Of a DNA stretch of 64,000 nt, positions 1 through 7,564 are shown in pieces (position 1 is the first letter of the stretch; each line of letters begins with the position of its first letter). The notes under the pieces were generated by a model. That model ran no database searches, was not told the DNA's origin, and worked only from the letters and a program-made list of their open reading frames with translations. Made by a program: the position numbers and the translations under genes. The stretch covers positions 147,437 to 211,436 of the forward strand of contig CAZTEU010000001.1 in assembly GCA_964612105.1 (NCBI GenBank), in the 5' to 3' direction. The stretch comes from an uncultured Gammaproteobacteria bacterium (GTDB lineage Bacteria; Patescibacteriota; Patescibacteriia; Magasanikbacterales; UBA922).

Positions 1-1341
1 CAGACGCATTGTTCCTCCATACCTATTATCCCTTACATTTGATGCCTGATTAGGATTAATGTGAATAACTGGCTCTTTTGTATTAGGCTCCATTTCTACT
101 GTCATTGCTTCCTTCTTCCCAAGTACATTACGAACAAATTCCACGCAGGCAAGTTGCATCCCATAACATAGCCCCAGATATGGTACTTTGTTTTCTCTTG
201 CGTATTTTATTGCAGATATAATTCCCTCTACACCTCGTGTACCAAAACCTCCAGGCACAAGAATAGCATCATATTTTTTAAGGTTCTTTACTTTGGTCGA
301 AGCACCTTCAAAATCTTCGCTGTCCACCCAGTCAAGCACAGGCTTTACTCCAATGTTCCATGAGGCATGCTTTACAGCTTCTATTACAGAAATATATGAG
401 TCAGACAATGTGTAATCCCCTGTCCCAAAATACTTTCCAACAACTGCAATTTTTAGTTTCTTCTTGGAGTTTTTAATTTTTTTGTTAAACTCTTTCCAAG
501 GACGTAAATCTGATTTCCTTGTACGAACATGTAAGCGTTTTAGTATCTTGTTACCAATGTTCTGTGCATCCATTTTTATTGGTATCTCATATATAGATGA
601 TACATCCGGCGCGGCAATTACATGATCTCTCTCAACACCACAGAATGTGGCTAATTTTTCTCTTCTAGGCTTATCTAGTTCTTCATGAGAGCGAGCAACA
701 ATCAGGTCTGGGTTAATTCCAACACTATTAAGTGTTCTGGCTGCATGTTGTGTTGGTTTGGTTTTCATCTCTCCAAGATGAGCAGGTGTTGGCAAGTAAC
801 TTACCAAAACAAAAGCTACATCGTCTGGTGCTTTTAGTTTCATCATGCGGGCTGCCTCCAAAAAGAGAAGGTTCTGGTATTCACCAATCGTTCCACCAAT
901 TTCTATAATTGTTATGTCTGCATCATGCTCATTTGCAGAGTGCTTAATACGTCTTATTATCTCTTCTGGAATATGTGGTACAACTTCTACACACTTTCCT
1001 TTATATTTCATTGTCCTCTCCCCTTCTATTACACTAAGATACACACGACCTGTTGTCATGTAGCTCATGCTTGTGAGATCCACATCTAAAAAGCGCTCGT
1101 AGTTCCCCATGTCCTGGTCTGTTTCATCTCCATCATCTGTAACAAAAACTTCTCCATGTTCGGTTGGGTTCATGGTACCTGCATCCACGTTAATATATGG
1201 ATCTGCTTTTAGTGCTGTTACAGAAAAACCTTTTGACTTAAAAATCGCACCAAGCGATGCAGACGTAACTCCTTTTCCAACTCCACTTAACACTCCACCT
1301 ACAACAAATATATACTTTCTCTTTTTCTTTTTTACAATCAT
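1..1341 (-). CDS. pyrG: CTP synthase, partial (C-terminus lies beyond the window start)
   Basis: Minus-strand frame from ATG at 1341 reads MIVKKKKRKYIFVVGGVLSGVGKGVTSASLG...YGTRGVEGIISAIKYARENKVPYLGLCYGMQ, with no stop before position 1. Classic PyrG N-terminal synthetase and GATase motifs. Plus-strand ORFs 188-415, 845-1063 and 1109-1369 are antisense artefacts. Confidence 0.85.
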   Translation of the reverse strand, partial: MIVKKKKRKYIFVVGGVLSGVGKGVTSASLGAIFKSKGFSVTALKADPYINVDAGTMNPTEHGEVFVTDDGDETDQDMGNYERFLDVDLTSMSYMTTGRVYLSVIEGERTMKYKGKCVEVVPHIPEEIIRRIKHSANEHDADITIIEIGGTIGEYQNLLFLEAARMMKLKAPDDVAFVLVSYLPTPAHLGEMKTKPTQHAARTLNSVGINPDLIVARSHEELDKPRREKLATFCGVERDHVIAAPDVSSIYEIPIKMDAQNIGNKILKRLHVRTRKSDLRPWKEFNKKIKNSKKKLKIAVVGKYFGTGDYTLSDSYISVIEAVKHASWNIGVKPVLDWVDSEDFEGASTKVKNLKKYDAILVPGGFGTRGVEGIISAIKYARENKVPYLGLCYGMQLACVEFVRNVLGKKEAMTVEMEPNTKEPVIHINPNQASNVRDNRYGGTMRL

Positions 1342-1421
1342 AATGAAAAAAATTGAATCAAATCTGTGACATTATATCACAAAATTATTTAAAGAAAAAA
1401 CTCTCCTGTGTGGAGAGCTTA

Positions 1422-1868
1422 TTAACCTTCTGAGACAATGACACTAATTTCTGCGGAGAGTCCTCCACCGAAATCTACTTTTACCCTGTGTTCCCCAATC
1501 TCTTTTATTGGAGATTCAATATCTATAACTTTTGGGTCTACTTTTACTTTCATCTGTTTTGACACTTCTGTCGAAATCTTTTTTTGAGTAATAGAAGCAT
1601 ACAATCTACCCTCTTCGTTTATCTTTCCAGTAATTTCCAGTTCCTTTCCTTTTATCTTCTCAATTATTTTCTTGTTCGCTACATCCTCTTTATTTAATAC
1701 TTTCTCGCTCTTCCTCACCTTATTCCTTGCTGATCTTATTGCGTCTAGAGTTGCAATCCTAGCAAGCCCTTTCTTTAACAAAAAATTGCGTGCAAAACCG
1801 TCTGCAACTATCTTAATATCCCCTCTCCTACCTGTTCCTTTAATATCTTTTAGTAAAATTACTTTCAT
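1422..1868 (-). CDS. rplI: 50S ribosomal protein L9
   Basis: [30 protein letters not shown] is the canonical L9 N-terminus. Length 148 aa. Confidence 0.9.
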   Translation of the reverse strand: MKVILLKDIKGTGRRGDIKIVADGFARNFLLKKGLARIATLDAIRSARNKVRKSEKVLNKEDVANKKIIEKIKGKELEITGKINEEGRLYASITQKKISTEVSKQMKVKVDPKVIDIESPIKEIGEHRVKVDFGGGLSAEISVIVSEG

Positions 1869-1951
1869 ATATAAAGAATATAGCAGTATCTTGCATTTTG
1901 CGCAAGAGATGTGTACAATGGGCTTAGTTTAGCGAAATAATAAACAAATCT

Positions 1952-2806
1952 ATGAAATCTGGATTAGTTGTGCTAGTTGGAAGATCCAATGTTGGTAAAT
2001 CTACCCTACTAAACACCTTGGTTGGTACAAAAATAGCAGCTACTAGCTTCCGTGCGCAGATGACACGTCATGTTATTCATGGTGTTATGAACACAGAGGA
2101 AGGGCAGGCTGTATTTGTAGACACCCCCGGTGTTTTTAAGGATAGAAAGGATTCACTTACAGCAAAACTTACAAACAAAGTACACGGTGCTCTAGAGGGA
2201 ATAGATGTAATTGTCTATGTTGTAGATCCAACACGTGAGATTGGAGACGAAGAAAGAGCAGTGTATGGAATGATTAGGCATATAGACACACCAAAACTTT
2301 TAGTTATAAACAAGACAGATCTTCCGCCAAACGAAAGAGTTCATCAAAAAGAGTACCTACAATGGTCAGATGATTTTGATGGAGTACTAGAATTATCTGC
2401 ACTACGCGCAAGTCACATAGTACCATTAAAAGAAAGAGTAATAGATCTTCTTCCAGAGGGAGAACCCCTATATCCACAGGACCAAGTAACAAACGTAGAT
2501 AGAAACTTCTGGATGGAAGAACTAATCCGCGAAAAAGTGTACTCTGTACTAGACAAAGAAGTCCCCTATTCCGTAACAGTAGAGGTAGACAGCGTAGAGG
2601 AAAAAGAAGATAAAAACATGCTTGTAATTAATGCTCGTGTACTTACAGACGCAGACAGGTACAAAAGGATGATTATAGGTAAGAATGCAAGCAAGATAAA
2701 AGAGATAGGTCAAATGGCAAGAAAAGAGTTAGAGCAGGCAACTAACAAGAAGGTTTTTCTAGACCTAGAAGTAGAGGTAGACACCCATTGGGTGGAGAGG
2801 GTTTAG
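1952..2806 (+). CDS. era: GTPase Era
   Basis: G1 GRSNVGKSTLLN and G3 DTPG motifs, with a C-terminal KH-like region. 284 aa. Confidence 0.85.
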   Translation: MKSGLVVLVGRSNVGKSTLLNTLVGTKIAATSFRAQMTRHVIHGVMNTEEGQAVFVDTPGVFKDRKDSLTAKLTNKVHGALEGIDVIVYVVDPTREIGDEERAVYGMIRHIDTPKLLVINKTDLPPNERVHQKEYLQWSDDFDGVLELSALRASHIVPLKERVIDLLPEGEPLYPQDQVTNVDRNFWMEELIREKVYSVLDKEVPYSVTVEVDSVEEKEDKNMLVINARVLTDADRYKRMIIGKNASKIKEIGQMARKELEQATNKKVFLDLEVEVDTHWVERV

Positions 2807-2821
2807 CAAATATATAACAAT

Positions 2822-3238
2822 GTGAATACTATGGAATTTCAACACAGAGCATTAGGCCTGAAAGAGGATAAGAGTCTTGTGTACACAGCGATGTCTAAAT
2901 ATCTTTTCTACTTTAGGCAACATATATCCAAATATGTAATAGAACAAAAAAAGGTTCCTCTAAATCCCTTCATGATATTTGATTATTTCCTTTTAGATTC
3001 TGTGGACAGGGATTTAATAAGAGAGGGAAACAATAATCTGGTTAAGAGATCAGATGAGATATGGGTGTTTGGAAAAGTTTCTGATGGTGTTTTAGCAGAA
3101 ATAAGAATAGCCAAAGAGATGAACAAACCTGTACTATATTTCAATATTGCAAAATCAGGAAAGGTTACACCTCTAGATAAGGAACAAGTAGAGATGGAAG
3201 AAGATGTGGCACAATTCAAGGAAGAAATAACCAACTAA
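2822..3238 (+). CDS. hypothetical protein, possibly with a nucleoside 2-deoxyribosyltransferase-like fold
   Basis: 138-aa ORF 16 nt after era. The motif DEIWVFGKVSDGVLAEIRIAKEMNKPV resembles DUF4406/NDT-like proteins. The assignment is weak. Confidence 0.35.
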   Translation: MNTMEFQHRALGLKEDKSLVYTAMSKYLFYFRQHISKYVIEQKKVPLNPFMIFDYFLLDSVDRDLIREGNNNLVKRSDEIWVFGKVSDGVLAEIRIAKEMNKPVLYFNIAKSGKVTPLDKEQVEMEEDVAQFKEEITN

Positions 3239-3247
3239 CAGTAGAAC

Positions 3248-3277
3248 AAAAGCAGCCGTTTGGCTGTTTTTTTATCA
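3248..3277 (+). terminator. rho-independent terminator
   Basis: Hairpin AGCAGCC-gttt-GGCTGTT followed by a T7 run. Confidence 0.6.
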
Positions 3278-3324
3278 TATAACACTGTATTTGTGATATA
3301 ATGATTAGGACATAATAATGTAAT

Positions 3325-3672
3325 ATGCAGTATATTTTTGTGGTGTTGGGGATTTTAATTCTACTCCTACTACTATCAATTGTGTATACAAAAAAGAAAG
3401 GAAAGAAGCCTACAGACTACCACCAAATGTTTATCATTGGACTTGTATGGACTATAATAGGTCTACCCTTGGAAAATCACTCATTAGCAGGAATAGGAAT
3501 TGTTTTTCTAATTGCAGGACTTGTTCACAGGGATAAGTGGGAGAAGAATAAAAAAGACAGAAAAAAAGGTAAGATGAATGATCAGATGACTATTGCGTCT
3601 GCCATCATTCTTGGACTACTATTTCTGTCTGCAATAGTAATATACACATATCTAAGAGCCAACCATGGCTAA
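3325..3672 (+). CDS. small membrane protein (hypothetical)
   Basis: 115 aa with three hydrophobic segments and a K-rich loop. Confidence 0.4.
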   Translation: MQYIFVVLGILILLLLLSIVYTKKKGKKPTDYHQMFIIGLVWTIIGLPLENHSLAGIGIVFLIAGLVHRDKWEKNKKDRKKGKMNDQMTIASAIILGLLFLSAIVIYTYLRANHG

Positions 3673-3687
3673 TTTAATTAAATATAT

Positions 3688-3978
3688 ATGACGATATTTC
3701 AGTACATATTAGGTTTCATATTCCTACTAACAGGAATAGCTACAGTAGTATTCTGGATATTATCTCTAGTACAGATATTTACCAGAAAAGATCTACAAAA
3801 TAACAAGTGGTTATGGTTTCTAGTCATTTTCTTTATAGCTCCAATAGGCTCTATTGTCTATTTCTTTGTTGAGAAAAGAAAGAAGCTCGGTATATGGATG
3901 CTTATTACTACAGTCCTAGTGCCTGTAATACTTTCTGCGTGGGCAATATTGGTATTTATACAAAATAACATTACATAG
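3688..3978 (+). CDS. PLDc_N-domain small membrane protein
   Basis: 96 aa with two TM helices. The motif W..W...I...P.G...YF (WLWFLVIFFIAPIGSIVYFFVEKRK) is typical of the cardiolipin-synthase N-terminal (PLDc_N) domain. Confidence 0.5.
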   Translation: MTIFQYILGFIFLLTGIATVVFWILSLVQIFTRKDLQNNKWLWFLVIFFIAPIGSIVYFFVEKRKKLGIWMLITTVLVPVILSAWAILVFIQNNIT

Positions 3979-3998
3979 TAACACCAGAGACAAACACA

Positions 3999-4036
3999 AG
4001 CGCGCCACCCAGTAAAACCAGATGGCGCGTTTTTTG
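3999..4036 (+). terminator. rho-independent terminator (GC-rich stem)
   Basis: GCGCGCCA...TGGCGCGT hairpin followed by TTTTTTG. Confidence 0.6.
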
Positions 4037-4059
4037 TCTTGCTCCTAGGTCGTGTTTTG

Positions 4060-4506
4060 CTATGAGTCTATAGCCATCACGACAACCCTTCCACTGTCCT
4101 CAATGTGTGCAAACACATGGAGAATATCCTCCAAGCCCAGATTGCGTGCTCTCAGAGCCTCGCCTGCCTTGCACAACTCTTTCAGATGAAAAAGATTATC
4201 CTCTCCCTCATCACGACCACACTTCTCCCTACCACCACCGTAGGCATCACAGTCTGTATGCTGTACCAGCATAACCTTCGTAACACCACGCATAGCAACA
4301 GAGATATCCTCAATATCACGAAACAGCCTAGAGTTCGGATCCAGCAGGTCTTTTGGGCCTCCTGGAACGGAAATAAGGTCGTGATCGTGTGGCACCCTCT
4401 CCTTACCATGGTGCCTGTACATGATGAAGTCCTTCAGCGGACCATTCAACCGGAAGTCCATGCACCGTACGACAAGCCATTCACATTGTGTTTTGGGATT
4501 CTCCAT
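4060..4506 (-). CDS. beta-class carbonic anhydrase-like protein (Cab-type), paralog 1
   Basis: GC-rich ORF of 148 aa. VVRCMDFRLN (C-x-D-x-R) plus VQHTDCDAYGG (H-x-x-C) matches the zinc-ligand arrangement of minimal beta-CAs such as M. thermoautotrophicum Cab (ITCMDSRL / HTDCG), but the Gly after the Cys is replaced by Asp. A strong SD GAAGGAGGG sits upstream. Confidence 0.45.
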   Translation of the reverse strand: MENPKTQCEWLVVRCMDFRLNGPLKDFIMYRHHGKERVPHDHDLISVPGGPKDLLDPNSRLFRDIEDISVAMRGVTKVMLVQHTDCDAYGGGREKCGRDEGEDNLFHLKELCKAGEALRARNLGLEDILHVFAHIEDSGRVVVMAIDS

Positions 4507-4533
4507 CCTACCCTCCTTCTGTGCGCTTCTGCG

Positions 4534-4965
4534 CTAGTTGTCCCCGAGATAATCCACCAATCTGCACACAAACTCCCCATTATCCATTTTGTGTGCAAAA
4601 ACCATTAGTACTTCTTCCAGCTCTGGGGTTGTCTGCTTGAGTAGTATTCTGGCATGTTTGAGTATGCTGGTGTTGGCTTTCAAGCTGTCATCTCTGATTG
4701 GATGTGGGTAGTCACAGTCCACATGATGGACAATCATGATCTTGGTCACACCATAGCTTATAACGAGCGTATCCACGACCAGCTTTTTCATCGCAGAAAG
4801 ATTGGTAATCATCTGCAAAGGACCACCATGAACAGAAACTTGGTGGTACTTATGAGTGATACCAAGATGCAAATTCATGCTGATAAAGTGGTGAATTGCC
4901 AGATTGAGTCGTGAATCGACACAGCGAATCACTGCCCACCTGCTCCGAGCGTTGGAATTATCCAT
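4534..4965 (-). CDS. beta-class carbonic anhydrase-like protein, paralog 2
   Basis: 143 aa with VIRCVDSRLN and VHHVDCDYPH. It is clearly paralogous to 4060-4506. GC-rich, with SD AGGGAGGACAG upstream. Confidence 0.45.
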   Translation of the reverse strand: MDNSNARSRWAVIRCVDSRLNLAIHHFISMNLHLGITHKYHQVSVHGGPLQMITNLSAMKKLVVDTLVISYGVTKIMIVHHVDCDYPHPIRDDSLKANTSILKHARILLKQTTPELEEVLMVFAHKMDNGEFVCRLVDYLGDN

Positions 4966-5049
4966 ACTGTCCTCCCTGGTTCTGTTAGTGCCACTTGCAG
5001 TGGCCGTCTATAAATGAGACAATAGCATGGAAATAATAAGAAATCAAGT

Positions 5050-5802
5050 ATGATAAAAATTAACAGACCAATTGTTTTTTTTGACTTAGAAACAACAGGT
5101 GTAGATCCTTTTACAGACAGAATAGTGCAAGTTGGTGCTATAAAAATACACCCGGATGGAGAGAAGGAAGAGTGGAATCAGTTAATTAATCCACAGATAG
5201 CAATTCCACAGGTTGTTATAGACGTTCATGGTATTACAGATGAAATGGTAAAAGATAAGCCAACTTTTGCTGAGTTAACTCAGAAGTTCGCTGAGTTCTT
5301 TCATGAAGTTGATTTAGGTGGTTATAATGCAAAGAATTTCGATATACCAATGTTAATGGCTGAGTTTAACCGTGTAGGACTAGAAATGGATTTAGAATCT
5401 GTAAAGATTATAGATCCAATGGCTATTTTCCGTAAAAAAGAACCTAGAACATTAGAGGCTGCTTACAAGAAATATTGCGATAAGGAGTTGGTAGATGCAC
5501 ATGATGCTATGGTGGATATAAGAGCATCTATAGAAGTTTTTGAGGGTCAGATGAAGCATTATGATGACTTACCAGATAATCTAGATGAAATGCATGAATA
5601 TTGCTTCCCAGAAGACCCGGATGCGTATGATGCAGAAGGAAAACTAAAGATAATAGATGGAGAAATTACAATTAACTTTGGAAAGCACAAAGGAAAACCA
5701 CTACAAAGATTAGCTGTAACAGATCCTGGATATCTAGAATGGATACTAAATGGAAGCTTCTCAGAAAAAGTTAAGAAGGCAGTAAAGGATCACAAAAAAT
5801 AA
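5050..5802 (+). CDS. DEDDh 3'-5' exonuclease (DnaQ/epsilon-like)
   Basis: Exo I motif FFDLETTG, plus later D and H-x4-D motifs (DAHDAMVD). 250 aa. Confidence 0.75.
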   Translation: MIKINRPIVFFDLETTGVDPFTDRIVQVGAIKIHPDGEKEEWNQLINPQIAIPQVVIDVHGITDEMVKDKPTFAELTQKFAEFFHEVDLGGYNAKNFDIPMLMAEFNRVGLEMDLESVKIIDPMAIFRKKEPRTLEAAYKKYCDKELVDAHDAMVDIRASIEVFEGQMKHYDDLPDNLDEMHEYCFPEDPDAYDAEGKLKIIDGEITINFGKHKGKPLQRLAVTDPGYLEWILNGSFSEKVKKAVKDHKK

Positions 5803-5804
5803 AA

Positions 5805-5830
5805 AAGTCCCCTTATGGGGATTTTTTTAT
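5805..5830 (+). terminator. rho-independent terminator
   Basis: GTCCCC-TTAT-GGGGAT hairpin followed by a T-run. Confidence 0.7.
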
Positions 5831-5931
5831 ATCTCACTATTTACAATTTTTTATAAAGAGTGAGGTTCTGGCGACGCATGCGTATGCAATTGTCGCCATT
5901 GTGAACCCTCCCTTAGATGTAGCCGAAGCTA

Positions 5932-6777
5932 CTATCGTTTGCCCTTCTCCTCCTCAGTGACATCGAAGGGCTTGATGTCGTTGAAGCCGGTATCCGCCTT
6001 GGTGCCCGGCAAGTTATTCACCACACCGACCTTGTTGAGCTCAGCGAGCGACACGTTGCCATAGCAGGTCGCTTTCACCCTTCTCTCCAGATTCATCCCG
6101 TACCCTTTCACGGTGGGAATATCCGAACGGCTCATGGTCTTGCAGAACTGCTCAACATCTCCTGGTCGGACATACTTGTGGTCTTTCTGGATGTACTTGA
6201 CATCGTGATTGACTGCATACGCCCAGTGTGCCGTCGTGAGAAACATCCTGGATAAAACACTCTCACTGGGCGATACCTTCTGCCAGGATTCGACCTTCTC
6301 GGCCAGCTTGTCCCATGCGACCATTTTGTGATAGGTATCGAGAACAACGCCGGTCACCCGTGTTGTGTACCTTCCGTCCCACGACATGTGTGGTTTGGTT
6401 GGATCTGGGATGATCTGCTTGACCGTGTTCGCATACCACGTCAAGAGGACTCTCCCCTTGCTGTAGTACTGACTCGGGACAACCTTGCCCTCCTCATCTT
6501 TCCGGAGCATCGTCCCAGCATCCGCACTGATCATGACCGAGATGCACTCAGCCACCTTCGGAGCGTGGAGTTGGTACTTCAGGACAGACTGGATCCGCTT
6601 GCTATACCCGTAGAACGCCACCTCCTTCGAGGGAACCTCGAAGTCAGCCAGGTTCATGTTGACGCACTGAAGCGTCTTGTTTGTGCCGTAGCCACCACCC
6701 ACCTGGGCAGCGCCACAGCCGATCATCAGGAACATCACGACGCCCATCAACAGGGCACCGAACAGTTTCTTCTTCAT
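5932..6777 (-). CDS. lipoprotein, hypothetical (GC-rich island)
   Basis: Start moved to the ATG at 6777 (MKKKLFGALLMGVVMFLMIGCGAA), which sits behind SD GGAGGAAG. The N-terminus is a signal peptide with lipobox LMIGC. ~56% GC in an AT-rich backbone. No recognisable domain. Confidence 0.6.
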   Translation of the reverse strand: MKKKLFGALLMGVVMFLMIGCGAAQVGGGYGTNKTLQCVNMNLADFEVPSKEVAFYGYSKRIQSVLKYQLHAPKVAECISVMISADAGTMLRKDEEGKVVPSQYYSKGRVLLTWYANTVKQIIPDPTKPHMSWDGRYTTRVTGVVLDTYHKMVAWDKLAEKVESWQKVSPSESVLSRMFLTTAHWAYAVNHDVKYIQKDHKYVRPGDVEQFCKTMSRSDIPTVKGYGMNLERRVKATCYGNVSLAELNKVGVVNNLPGTKADTGFNDIKPFDVTEEEKGKR

Positions 6778-7008
6778 CTTCTTCCTCCACACGGATTACG
6801 CCCCGTGATGCGCCTTTGGTCGACAGCTTATCGACACGGAGTATGATATTTAATCAATTAAATACCCCACTCTATGCCCAAATCTGACCGCGTATAATAG
6901 CACATTATTCCACTTTTGTCAAGTTAATCCACATATCCTTAGTTTATTATAGTACGAGTGCCTTTTTTTTGCTATAATATAACAAAATACTCCCCTGAGT
7001 TAATTTTT

Positions 7009-7551
7009 ATGAATCCAAACCAACAACAAGTTCCTGAGGTGACTATACCAGCTGGTCTAGCACAAGAAAAAAAAGGGGTCACTCCCCCATCTAGTCCAGA
7101 GATAGGAGTGAAGACACCTCAACAAGAAAAAACACCTTTCCAGGAAATGCAGAGTAAACCTCAGGCAGAGCAAGAGGGAAATTTTTTAGATGAGGCAATT
7201 GACGGATTAAAGAAAACACTAAAAAAACCAAAGAAGAAAAAGGGGGTTAATATTCCTCAGGTAAGAGATGAGCTTACAATGAAAGTGGAGACAATAATGG
7301 AGGATGGATTAAAAGATGCTTTTACAGAAATGACACCTGTACAAAAACAGGAGTTTAAGATAAAAGGAGAGCAGACAGCTATACAAATACGTCAACTTCT
7401 TGGGGTTACCAGAGTAAAAGTAAAATCCGTTTTTAAGCTACTTGTTGAATGGCTAAAATTATTACCTGGAGTGAATAGATTCTTTATTGAACAAGAAGCA
7501 AAGATTAAAGCAGATAAAATTATTTCATTAAAAAACCATCACGATTCTTAA
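7009..7551 (+). CDS. hypothetical protein (P/Q/K-rich N-terminus, helical C-terminus)
   Basis: Start taken at MNPNQQQ, because the extended -10 TGCTATAAT at 6969-6977 lies inside the longer track ORF. It ends 14 nt before the VirB4-like gene, so it is probably co-transcribed with it. Confidence 0.45.
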   Translation: MNPNQQQVPEVTIPAGLAQEKKGVTPPSSPEIGVKTPQQEKTPFQEMQSKPQAEQEGNFLDEAIDGLKKTLKKPKKKKGVNIPQVRDELTMKVETIMEDGLKDAFTEMTPVQKQEFKIKGEQTAIQIRQLLGVTRVKVKSVFKLLVEWLKLLPGVNRFFIEQEAKIKADKIISLKNHHDS

Positions 7552-7564
7552 CCAAGGCCCGGTT

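Noticed and set aside
188-1369. Plus-strand ORFs 188-415, 845-1063 and 1109-1369
   Set aside because: They lie antisense within the minus-strand pyrG reading frame, which reads as a textbook CTP synthase. They have no SD or promoter and low-complexity translations.
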